DNA from: Thecamonas trahens ATCC 50062
Lineage: Eukaryota; Protista; Apusomonadida
Length of the DNA stretch: 64,000 nt
Assembly: GCF_000142905.1 (NCBI RefSeq)
Contig: NW_013657675.1
Span: 434,001-498,000, forward strand
Direction: 5' to 3'
A model generated the notes under the pieces. It made no database searches. It saw only the letters and a program-made list of their open reading frames with translations, and had not been told where the DNA came from. A program made the translations under genes and the position numbers. Below are positions 1-10,268 of this stretch, in pieces (within the stretch, counting starts at the first letter, position 1; every line of letters begins with the position of its first letter).

Positions 1-216
1 CCACGCCATCAAAAGATGCTGCTCTACCGCCAACAGTCGCCTTGTTTGCCATCGCCGCCACCGTCGTCACCGCAACCGCAGCCGTCCCATCCGTCATGTC
101 GGCAACAAAGAACCGAACGACCGAATAGACAGCAGGCAGCCCACGCCACGGCAGGCCACCACCTCTCCCCCTCCCTCCCTCCCCTCTACACACACACACA
201 TCATCATCATCATCAC

Positions 217-3200
217 ATGGCCGCGCTGTCGCAGTCGTCGCCGGAAGTCCATGTAACGGTTGAGGCCGAGGAGGAGGGCGGGCAGCGGCGGTCGTCGCGA
301 CTGCGGCGGCTGAGAACGACAGGTCTCCCGAGTGCCAGGTCTACAACGCTGTCCCCTTCTCCGAACGGTGCTGGTGATCTGGGCCTGCTGTCACCGCATG
401 CACGTGCGGGGCACAGGCGTCGAGGCTCTATCTCCCAGGGTGTGCTGGACCTCGAGTCGGCCTTTCTCTCGTCGGGCTCGAGCTCGGCGTCTGGCACGGA
501 GAAGAGCGGCGGCTCGGGCTCGGGCTCGGGCTCGAGCTCGTCGTCATCGACTTTTTCGTCCGACGAGGTTGCCGATGGCGGTGAGGGCGCAAGCGTGCGC
601 CAGCGCCGCCGCAAGGTCAAGGCAACGTCCGGCAACGACCGCAGCCGATCCGATGTCGACAAGCTGGCAAAGTTGGTCAAGCTCAAGCGCAAGCTGAAAG
701 AAAAGGTTCAGGTTCTCAAGGCTCGCAAGGTCAAGGCCTACCTGATCAAGCCAGTCTACGCCGAGTACTCGCGGGTCTCCAAGGCCATCAAAGCGCTCAA
801 GACCAAGCAGGCGCTCAGCGCGTTCCAGGTCATTGATACGGACGGCAACGGCACGCTGAGTGTCTCCGAGTTTGCCTCCCTTGTCCGCCGCATTGTGCCG
901 ACCTTCAGCGACGCAGACGTCGACTCGGCCTTTTCTTCGCTCGACCTCGACGCGTCGGCCACCATCTCGCGCGACGAGTTTGTGGCCTGGTGGGAATCGT
1001 TCGACCGGACTGACAACAAGATGGTCAACCTCCGCCGCAAGCTTGGAAACTGGGAGCAGCTTTCGGCCGCCACGGCTGAGGGCTCGATGAGCGCTGGTCC
1101 GGAGCTGGGCAGCAGCTCGCCGCCAGTCAACTCGGTTGCCGCCCGCCGCGCCCGCCGGACCAAAGCCAAGCGTAAGCAGTCGTCGGCACTGCTCCAGCAT
1201 TCGCGGTCGGCGGTCTCGGTCCACCTCGCAGCCTCGCCGCAGTCGCCCGCAGGCACCTGGCCGCGCATCTCGGCGTACCAATACCGGCTCAATCCGACCA
1301 AGCCGAGCTTGGCAAAGTACTTTCCGTTCTGGGAAGACTTTTACACTGCTCCGTTTCTAGTGGCGAGCATCTCGCGCATTCCTGTTGAGATGCTGCTGCG
1401 GGTTCTGCTCTCGCCGCAGCCGTACCTGTACGAGGTCGCAGATGCTGTCGCCCCCGAGGTCGACATCCGAGTCTCGGATCCGGAGCTGCTCCGCGTTGTC
1501 CTTGTCTCGTTTGAGGACTATCTCTCGGTCGAGACGCTGCTTGGCCTCCTGCTCGAGCGGATGACCTGCATGCCGCTGGATGCTGTGCCGGCGGAAGCGT
1601 TCAAGCCCTGGGCGCTCAGCGCCGCCGTTCTTGCCTTCCTCTACACGTGGGTAGTGACTGCGCCGTACAACTTTGAGCTCTCGGCGCGGCGGGCCCAGGC
1701 GCGTGCGGTGGTCAAAGCAACGGCGCCGGCGCCGGACAAGCCGGTTGTGGCTGCGCTCCAGCGCGCGGTCCTTATCGAGCTCAAAGGTGTGGCGAGCGTG
1801 GTCAAGCAGAGCTACGCAGTCGATCCCGAGTCAGTGGTGGCGTGTGGCAAGCCAATTCCGTCGCCGGTCGTCCCGGTCTCGTTGCGGCCAACCCGGCTGA
1901 GTTTGGTCCGAATCGGGCCGCTTGAGTTTGCGCGCCAGCTGACCCTCATCAACTTTGAGGCCTTTATGGCCATCCGGCCCAACGAGTTTCTGCTCAAAGT
2001 CGACTCGCCGCACATCCGGCTCTTTGCCGAGCAGTACTCACGGATTGTGAACCTGGTGGCGACCCAGATTCTGATTGCGTCGCCGCTGGCGGCCCAAATC
2101 GAGCTTGTGTGCGTTGTCATCGACGCTGCGCTCATCTGCTACACCTTTGACAACTTTTTTGGCATGAACGCCCTGCGTGTCTCCCTCGGCTCGGCTGCCA
2201 TCGACCGGCTCTCGTCGCTCTGGTCCATGCTTCCGCCGGCGTACGAGCGCCGGATGAAGAAGCTGGAGGACATCAACGCGCTCAAGAGCCACCACAAGCA
2301 TCTTCGCGAGGCCCATGCCCGTGCGTCGCCGCCGGCCATTCCGCTCACCTCGCTCTACGACCGCCGCATCATCACTATCGACGTGGCCGAGACCAAGCGT
2401 GAGGGGGCCTACGAGCTGCTCAACGTCGACCGCCAACGGTACATGGTGCAGGAGGTCGACAAGCTGGCCGCCTTTCGCGCCGGCCGCTACCTCATCCAGC
2501 ACATCCCGGCCATCCGTGACTTTCTCCTCACTGACGGCCCGGCATGGGATGAGGACCAGCAGTATCAGGCCTCGGTCTCGCTCCAGCCGCCGGCCTCGTC
2601 AGCCTCGTCGTCGTCGTTCAAGAAGCGTCGCTCTTCGGTAGCTTTCAAGTTTACCGCGCCGCTCGAGCTCTCGGACATTGTCAAGCCGGCGCACTCATAC
2701 CTCGACGACCCGGCCGGCCTCCCAGACCGAATCCACTCGCTGTCGGTTGTCACGCCCGACGCCGTCCGCGCTGCCACGCCCAAGCAGTTTCGGCGCATCA
2801 AGCACATGCGGTCGGCGTCGTCGGGCGACATCGATGCCATGCGCAGGTCCGAGCCGCTGCGGCCCGTCCTCAAGGGCTCGCCCCCGGTGACTCTCTCCTC
2901 CACGCCGCCGCTCGCTGTTGTCGAGCAAGTTGCGCTCCTCTTCCGTCCGCTCATCACTGCTCTCGCGCCAAGCGCACTAGTTGATGCTGCCTTGGCCATC
3001 GTGCCGCTTGATGCCGACGCCGACGAGGCTGACGTTCTCGTCGCCATCAAGGACGCGCCGGCTTCTGTTGTGGCTGCCACCGAACTATACACCCACATCC
3101 GTGCCCTGGTCGCCAGCGAGGTGCTGACCGGCGACACGCCGCGCGCCCGCGCCGAGCGCATCTGTTGGGCTGTCGACCTTGCCCGCGCTGCCGTTCTCAC

Positions 3201-3734
3201 CGGCACCTATCCGCTCCTTTTTGCCGTCGTCGCCGTCCTTGACTCGCCGGCCATCCGCTCGCTCAAGCGCACCCAGTCTGTGGTGCCCGCCCCGGTCGAG
3301 AACGCCCTCGCTCAGCTCATTGCGGTGTGCAAGGACCACTCTGAGCACGCCGCCTACCTCTCGCTCCTCCGCTACTCGGCCGGGCCCGTCATCGTCCACC
3401 ACATCTGCCACCTCCGCATCCTTGCCCGCAAGTTGGCCTCGATCGTCGCCGACGCCCGCGCAACGAGCTGGAGGCCGCCGCCACCGCCGAAAACGCCATC
3501 ATGGCCGCCGAGCTCCTCTATCCGCACCGGACCGAACCCGACACCGCCATCGCTGCCACTATCCAATTGTATCATCCCAAGTACGGCCTCGAGCCGCAGC
3601 ACTGGGCCCTAGCTTCCAAGCACATCCTCTCGGCTGCCTCTTCATCCAAGGTTGGCAAGGTGGAGCACAGCCTCTGGCGCGCAGCATCAACCCGCCAGCC
3701 GGAGGATGTTCTTGCAGACATTTTCTCGGCCTGA
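217..3734 (+). CDS. EF-hand-containing RasGEF (CDC25-type) with a second degenerate GEF-like C-terminal domain; apparent frameshift at ~3455-3495
   Basis: First ATG after a (CA)/(CAT) tract is at 217. EF-hand loops DTDGNGTLSVSEF and DLDASATISRDEF. CDC25 motifs PLEFARQLTLINFE, NFFGMNAL...AIDRL and PPAIP. A second, similar block AVVAVLDSPAIRSLKRT. The -1 frame (ORF 3501-3734, NELEAAATAENAIMAAELL...) has the typical codon bias and probably supplies the true C-terminus. Confidence 0.85.
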
Positions 3735-3991
3735 TCCCACCACCAAACTATTCATCCAAGCCATCCTAGCCCAGCCAGCATAGCCCATCCCAGCACGTCT
3801 CGACCATGTTCTACACTCTTGCGAACGCCGCTGCCAGCCAATGGAACGCCTGCGAACAAAAGGAAGGAACTCCACAAGGCCTTAAAAAAGGGCTTCCTCG
3901 CAGGCACCCACAGGCACCCACCCCCACACAGGCACAGCAGGCACCACCAACCACAACACAAACACACCACTTGGACCACCTACACCCCATC

Positions 3992-6286
3992 ATGTTCTTT
4001 GCATCGCCCCTCGTCTACGCGGGTGCATCATCCTCGGACGAGTTTTCTGAGAGTATGTCCCCTCCTCCCCCCCCCCCCCCCCCCCCCCCCCTTCCCTCCT
4101 TCCCTCCTCTCCGCAACTCACAACTCATCCTTATCCCGTTCACAGCCGAGCTTGAAGCCGGACTCGTTGCCAACGCCATGTACGATCTGGCCAAGGAAGA
4201 TGAAGAGATCGGCGCTCTGGCTGAAGAGGTCAACACCGCGTCGTCGTCGTCGTCGTCGGGCGAGGGCTCGGACAACGACTCGGCCTCGGATGGCTCGGCA
4301 GAGCTGGATGCGTCGATCGCAGTGGCGCAGCAGCAGGCGCAGCAGCAGGCGCCCGATGGGCCGCAAGCACGCGGCGGAAAGGCGGGAAAGGGCAAGAAGA
4401 AGAAGAAGGGCGTGCGGTTTGAGCTGAAGAAGCTGTTCAAGATGGGCAAGCGGCAGAAGGCGGCAAACTCGCGACGGGCTGTCCCCTCGCGGGCCGTCCC
4501 GCCTCGCAAGAAGCCGATCAAGACGCGTCGGGCAGACACCAACGTGATCTCGCTCTCGCTCGGCTCTCTGGCCGACGGTGTGACCCTCGCAACCGGCGAG
4601 GCCATCCGCTGCTCACAGTGCTCGGCATACTTTTCGGCGGTCTCGCAGGTCACGCCCAACGACGCAGACGCAGACGATGAAGATGACGACCTCGTCGGCG
4701 TGTGGAACTGCGAGTTTTGCGGAACCGGCAACGAGGTTGAGCTGGCCCGCCCGGAGATCCCGACCGCCAACTCGGTCGACTACGTAGTTTCTGGCATGAC
4801 GGTGGCGTCGGATGCGCGCGAGTCCAACGTGGTCTTTTGCGTTGACACCTCAGGCTCGATGTGCGTGACAACCGAGGTCTCCGGCAAGGTCAAACTCAAA
4901 GGCCAGGACCGGCGCAACAAGGAGTTTGCCGAGCTTCGCTCGTTTGGCGACGGTTCGAACCAGTTCCTCCGCGGCCAATCGCGCAACACAACGTACATCT
5001 CGCGACTGCAATGCATGCAGGCCGCGGTGGAGACTCAGATCGAGACGCTGGCTGCCACCGAGCCGGCTGTCCGCGCCGGGCTCGTCACCTTTGCGTCGGA
5101 CGTCAAGGTTGTCGGCGATGCTGCCGCCGCCGAGCACACCATTGCCGGCGACCATCTCGATGACTACGATCACTGCCTCTCTGCAGCCGCCGAGCTGCCC
5201 CTAGGCGCTCCGGTTGTCGACTCGGCGCCGGCCCTGAGGGCCAAGCTTGACGCGCTCTCCGAAGAGGGCCAGACGGCACTCGGCCCCGCGCTGGTCACCG
5301 CGGTTGGCATGGCGGCGCAGCGCCCGGGCTCGGAGGTCATTGTCTGCACCGATGGGCGGGCCAACATCGGCGTCGGCTCGATCTCGGATGCGCCGACCGA
5401 GGCTGAGGAGGATGAGACGACTGCGTTTTACGAGCGGGTCGGCCTCTACGCCCGTGAGGCTGGCGTCACCGTCAACGTCATCACCATCGACGGCACCGAC
5501 TGCTCAGTGGAGAACCTCGGCATCGTGACCGACGCCACGTCGGGCACCGTCGATGTTGTCGACCCGCTTGAGCTCACCTCGAACTTTTCGTCGATCCTCG
5601 CCGAGCCGCCGGTCGCTACCGCTGTTGAAATTGTCTTCCTCCTGCATAAGGGCCTCCGCTTCCGTGAGGACGACGTCGCCGCCGACTCCAACATCCTCAC
5701 CCGAACCATCGGCAATGTCAAGGCCTCGTCGGACGTGACTTTCCAGTACTCGGTTCGGCGTGACTTTCTCGATGCGCTCACCGAAGACGCCTCGGTCCCG
5801 TTCCAGGTCCAGATCCACTACACCAAGCTCAACGGCATGAAGTGCGTCCGGGTGATCACCCAGTCGAAGACCGTGACCCACTCGCGCGCCGCGGCAGAGG
5901 CCGACGCCGACGTCGCCGTCCTCGGCCTCAACGCCGTTCAGCACTCGGCCAAGTTTGTTAACGAAGGCGACTACACACAGGCCCGCGCCTACTCGCACGC
6001 CAACTCGCATCTCCTCTCGCGCATCTCGACAACCGAGCAGTCTAAGCGCCAGTTTGTCGCCTGGGTCCACAACGCCGCCGCTGTCGATGACCTGGCCCGC
6101 AACGAGCAGGCCTCAGAGCACGCCGCAGGCCTCTTCCTCTCCGACTCGGACGACGAGGCCGCCGATGTCACTGTCCGAATGAGCAAGAAGGCCCACAAGA
6201 AGAAGATGCGCTCGCGCGCACGCAAGGACAAGTCGTCCGCAGTCATGTATCAGCAGAAGGCCGTCTCCAAGGCTTCGTTCATGTAA
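3992..6286 (+). CDS. Sec23/24-type zinc finger + VWA domain protein (resembles the non-Ras part of circularly permuted Ras protein 1)
   Basis: Zinc finger CSQC...WNCEFC. MIDAS motif FCVDTSGSM, plus TALGPAL and VIVCTDG. Predicted intron 4053-4145 (GTATGT...CACAG, contains poly-C) keeps the frame, giving MFFASPLVYAG...SE-T-ELEAG. Confidence 0.8.
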   Translation: MFFASPLVYAGASSSDEFSESMSPPPPPPPPPPLPSFPPLRNSQLILIPFTAELEAGLVANAMYDLAKEDEEIGALAEEVNTASSSSSSGEGSDNDSASDGSAELDASIAVAQQQAQQQAPDGPQARGGKAGKGKKKKKGVRFELKKLFKMGKRQKAANSRRAVPSRAVPPRKKPIKTRRADTNVISLSLGSLADGVTLATGEAIRCSQCSAYFSAVSQVTPNDADADDEDDDLVGVWNCEFCGTGNEVELARPEIPTANSVDYVVSGMTVASDARESNVVFCVDTSGSMCVTTEVSGKVKLKGQDRRNKEFAELRSFGDGSNQFLRGQSRNTTYISRLQCMQAAVETQIETLAATEPAVRAGLVTFASDVKVVGDAAAAEHTIAGDHLDDYDHCLSAAAELPLGAPVVDSAPALRAKLDALSEEGQTALGPALVTAVGMAAQRPGSEVIVCTDGRANIGVGSISDAPTEAEEDETTAFYERVGLYAREAGVTVNVITIDGTDCSVENLGIVTDATSGTVDVVDPLELTSNFSSILAEPPVATAVEIVFLLHKGLRFREDDVAADSNILTRTIGNVKASSDVTFQYSVRRDFLDALTEDASVPFQVQIHYTKLNGMKCVRVITQSKTVTHSRAAAEADADVAVLGLNAVQHSAKFVNEGDYTQARAYSHANSHLLSRISTTEQSKRQFVAWVHNAAAVDDLARNEQASEHAAGLFLSDSDDEAADVTVRMSKKAHKKKMRSRARKDKSSAVMYQQKAVSKASFM

Positions 6287-6305
6287 CACTTGCTACACTC
6301 GGGTC

Positions 6306-9300
6306 TTAGTTAGCCATCGGCGAGAGCGGCGACCGGCGCACGCCGCGCGACGGCGACGTCACGCGCGTTGGCGAGAGCGAGAGCCGCTCCAGCAGCTGCG
6401 GCGACATCCGCTGCAGCAAGGACTCGGGCGAGAGGAGATCGGCCGCCCGCGAAGTGGGCGTCATCGGCGTCTTTGGCGTGGCAGGGTACAGGGGGGTTGC
6501 TGGTGTCGGTGGCCGCGAGTTCTCGTCGCCCTTGCGCGGCGTGCCGCGCGGCGTGCCACGGGCCTTGCGCCGTCGCCGCCGCTGCTTGGACTCAGCCCGC
6601 TGCGCCGCCGCGCGCTTCTTGAGCGCCGCCGCCCGGGTATTGTCACGCGCAGCCTTGTCCCCGAGCTCGACAAACTCGGTGAGATCCGCCAAAAAGTTGG
6701 CCCCGGCAGACGCCGACGTGCCCAAGCTGTCACCAGAGCCGGTCCGCGCGCCCTCGCCAAAGTACAGCAACATGTGGGACTCGGCATCGCGGGCAGTGGC
6801 CAGCGTGGACTCAAGTGCCGTCATTCGCTCGGCAGACACGTGGTGGAACGGCTCTAGGCGCGCCACAAACCCGTCGGCGTCCGCCAGTCCACCGCCAGCT
6901 GCCAGCGCTCGCAACGCCTCGAGCTCGGCGCCAAGGGTGTGCGCTGACTCGCGGAGACACGCCAGCTTACCCGCAATCTGCCCGAGGTTGAGCTCGGACG
7001 CCGCGCCAACGTCGAATAGCTGAGTCCGGAGCTGGCCTAGAAGCTCAGGTGCCGACTCCTGGATCGACTCGATGACTACGTGGAGGAGCGTGGTCGACCC
7101 GTCGGTTGTCTTGGTGTCGGCGAGCTTGAGCAGCGCGTCGAGCTTGAAGCCTCCCGCCTGCAGCTTCCCGCCAGCATTGAGGTAGTTGCCAACGTCGAGG
7201 ACGCAGCGCAGAACCTTGGCGAGCGCATCAGATGCCACAACCTGTGAGCATGCCGAGAGCGCGAGCCCGACCTGGTGCTCCATCTCGCCCATGACCTCAT
7301 CAAACGAGAGCTGCATCTCAAAGGCTCGCAGACGGGCATGGAGCCGCGGAATCGACTGCAAGCCAGCAATGAGCGCAACCGCTGGTGAGACAGCATCGCA
7401 CATCGCAAGGGCGGTGACTGCCGCAGGCTCGAGTGCATCGAGCACGGAGGCCACCTGAGTCCAGGTCTCGGCATCCGGCAGGTGCTTGGCCAGCCGGGCA
7501 ACCCGGTCAGCACCAAGCACGCTGTCATCGAGCTCAACAAGCGCGCGCACAATGTCGGCTGGCGCAAGACCCGACGAGGCGTAGACAGAGAGCATGATCT
7601 CCATCCGCTGCACGCATCGCGGGCCCATGAGTGCCATCAAGTCGCGGACAGCGACGTCGATCTCGGTCTCGACAGGCTCGGCCTCGGCTGGCTCGTCCTC
7701 GTTGGTTGGCTCAGCCTTGGTACACGTCTTGGCCACCGAGTCCTTGAGCTCAAACAGGGCATCGAGTTTGGAGGTGTCAACCTTGGGCGGGCTCACTTCG
7801 CTCAGCTTGGCAAAGACCGTCGGCCCGAGCGCGTTTGGCTTGATTTTGGTCCAGAAGAACCGCTTGAGCTTGCGATTCGGGCGGATAGGCGAGGGCATGT
7901 GTGCCGGCGAGTCGAACATGCCCAGGCTGCCAGGCATCGGTGGCGGCGGCGGCGGCGCCCCGATTGGAGTCCCCGGCAGAGGCGGCGGCGGCGGTGCTGC
8001 CATGCCAGGCATCGGCGGTGGCGGCGGGGGGGCGGCAGCCGGCGGCACAACTGGAATTCCTGTACCGGCCGACTCACCAGCCTCCCGCGACGGGGTGCTG
8101 AGCTGAGGCGCAGCGTCGCCAATCTCGGCCTCGTCCTCGGCTTCGTCGCTCGTCCCGAGGTGCTTGGCGAGTAGGACGTCCAGTGACGCCAGGTTGGGGT
8201 TGGGGCTCAGACCATCAACAACCGCGATGCAGTCGGAAATGGCAGCGTCAATGCTGTCTGCACTCTCAACACTGGCGTCAGCCGAGAGCATGAGGTAGAG
8301 GAAGCGCTGGAGGAGCTCCAAAAGGAGCTTCTTGGAGCGGATCGAGGGAAGAAGCGAGACGGTCTGAGAAACGACGTCCTTGGGATCAGAAAGCTGCAGC
8401 GACGAGAGCGCACATTTGGCGTCGTCATCGTTCATGCCCTTGATGAAGACGTCAAGCTGGGCACGAAGCATGTTGTGAGTCTCCATGTCGATGCCGGGCA
8501 GTGGCGAGAGGACAATGACATGGAGGTTGTCGACAGCGTTCCGGAGACCGAGCTCGACAAGCTCGGCGCGACGGCGGGCGCGAAGCGCAATTGAGTCCGG
8601 CCTCGAAATAATACAGTTGATGAGCCACATGGCGGCGTAGAGGAGGGTGAGCTGATCGGTCGATTGCGTCGAGCGCTCGTTGGGGTCGAGCGTCAGCTCC
8701 TTGACCAGGTCGATAAACCGCCGGCTCTCGGCCTTGCGGGTCTTGCGCGCAAGCTCGGTATACGCCCCGATGACGACAGCGTAGCCTGTCGGCGAGTGCA
8801 AGGTCAGTGCCGAGAGCAGCTTGTAGATGTCGGTACGGATGAGGACGTGATCGTCGTGGACGCACTCCAGGATGCGGACAACAAAATCGGGCGTCTCGAG
8901 CGCGTGGTGCATGGCGCACGGTGCGTTGAGCAGCTTGAGAAGTGCCTGGATAGCCGCCGCGCGGTAGGCTGGTCCTTGCTGCGAGCGGGCGACGGCTGCG
9001 AGTGCCGAGCTGCGCTTGGTCCTCGTCAGACCATCCTGCCGCCGGTGATGCACGTGGTCGGCATGAAGGGCGTCCAGGATGGCATCCATCCCGCCGATCT
9101 GCACAAACGTCTCCGTCCATGCCGGTGGGCTCGAGTCGAGAACTTGGACAAGCTCCTCGAGAATGCCTGGTGACGAGGTCGACTGGATGCGGGCGACGTA
9201 ATCCTCAGGCGAGTGAGCGGCGGACCGAGCGCGGCGGCCAGGCGATGCAATGCCACGCCCGCGCCCGCGCCCACCACCTCCGCTCGACGGCTCTGTCAGA

Positions 9301-9608
9301 GTCGAGAGCGTCGTAGTGGCTCTCCGAAACAGCGAGGCCATCATGGTCTTGAAGCCGCCACTCGAAGTCGACCTGCGGCCCGGACTTCCCGACCTGTGCT
9401 GCCTACGGCCGAGCTTGCCGAGGGGCGATCGAGGGCTGTTCTCCTGCGACGCAAGGCCGGCTCCCGGATGAACGCCTGGCAACGGAGTGTCAAACAGAGG
9501 GTTGTGCGGCCGCGAGCTTGGTGGCGGCCTCCTCGCCTTGGTCGGGCTCGGAGTGGCGATCGAGTCCAGCGCGTCCTCGGCCATGAACAGGTCCTTCTTC
9601 CGCGGCAT
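6306..9608 (-). CDS. Formin (GBD/FH3, FH1 polyproline, FH2)
   Basis: Armadillo-like GBD/FH3 (WTETFVQIGGMDAI; R.R.ELVELGL). FH1 PPPPPMPG repeats. FH2 motifs KLKRFFWTKI and LDVGNYLN...GFKLDALLKLADTK...TLLH. Confidence 0.95.
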   Translation of the reverse strand: MPRKKDLFMAEDALDSIATPSPTKARRPPPSSRPHNPLFDTPLPGVHPGAGLASQENSPRSPLGKLGRRQHRSGSPGRRSTSSGGFKTMMASLFRRATTTLSTLTEPSSGGGGRGRGRGIASPGRRARSAAHSPEDYVARIQSTSSPGILEELVQVLDSSPPAWTETFVQIGGMDAILDALHADHVHHRRQDGLTRTKRSSALAAVARSQQGPAYRAAAIQALLKLLNAPCAMHHALETPDFVVRILECVHDDHVLIRTDIYKLLSALTLHSPTGYAVVIGAYTELARKTRKAESRRFIDLVKELTLDPNERSTQSTDQLTLLYAAMWLINCIISRPDSIALRARRRAELVELGLRNAVDNLHVIVLSPLPGIDMETHNMLRAQLDVFIKGMNDDDAKCALSSLQLSDPKDVVSQTVSLLPSIRSKKLLLELLQRFLYLMLSADASVESADSIDAAISDCIAVVDGLSPNPNLASLDVLLAKHLGTSDEAEDEAEIGDAAPQLSTPSREAGESAGTGIPVVPPAAAPPPPPPMPGMAAPPPPPLPGTPIGAPPPPPPMPGSLGMFDSPAHMPSPIRPNRKLKRFFWTKIKPNALGPTVFAKLSEVSPPKVDTSKLDALFELKDSVAKTCTKAEPTNEDEPAEAEPVETEIDVAVRDLMALMGPRCVQRMEIMLSVYASSGLAPADIVRALVELDDSVLGADRVARLAKHLPDAETWTQVASVLDALEPAAVTALAMCDAVSPAVALIAGLQSIPRLHARLRAFEMQLSFDEVMGEMEHQVGLALSACSQVVASDALAKVLRCVLDVGNYLNAGGKLQAGGFKLDALLKLADTKTTDGSTTLLHVVIESIQESAPELLGQLRTQLFDVGAASELNLGQIAGKLACLRESAHTLGAELEALRALAAGGGLADADGFVARLEPFHHVSAERMTALESTLATARDAESHMLLYFGEGARTGSGDSLGTSASAGANFLADLTEFVELGDKAARDNTRAAALKKRAAAQRAESKQRRRRRKARGTPRGTPRKGDENSRPPTPATPLYPATPKTPMTPTSRAADLLSPESLLQRMSPQLLERLSLSPTRVTSPSRGVRRSPLSPMAN

Positions 9609-10268
9609 TCTACGTCTGTAGTCGACAAAGTATGAGAGACAGTGAGGGGGAAAGAGAAGGGAGGGGAGACGGTGTGGAAGTGACAGAAGTCTAGGCTGTG
9701 GCTATGTCACAGGGGGTGGGGTGGGGGGAGGGGGGGGGTGGCGGTGGGTGGGGTGGGGTGCCCGGGGGTGGACACCCCCTTCACCATTCGCCCGCCATTT
9801 CGGAGGCAATGACGAAAAGTTTGAATTTTTAGGCGATCGGGTCGGCGGGAAAGAAAAGGGGTGCAGCAGGGAGGGGGCTGGAAGGGGGGATGGCGATGGC
9901 GCCCGTATGACACAATCGTACGGATCGGAGCAATTGAAGAATGTACTTGCTAGTTGTCCGGCCCAGGATGTCAGCTAGGGGAGTTTTTTTTAAGTGGCAT
10001 CGGGTGTGATGATGGTGGTGGTGGTGACGGGAGGAGGAGGAGGAGGAGGAGGGGGGGTAGAGGCAGAGGTTTGGCGCGCCGCCTTGCCGCTGCCGGAAGC
10101 AGGTATGGGGAGGACACTCTTGTCAGACTCAACTACAGGCATACGAGACATAGCTGTAGTAGCGTATCAACTGCACGGTACGGCGACTGCACCTGGATCA
10201 CTCTGGACGGAACTCCTTCTGCATCCGAGTCGAGGCAACCACCTCGCCGCACTCCCCGTCCCATCGCG

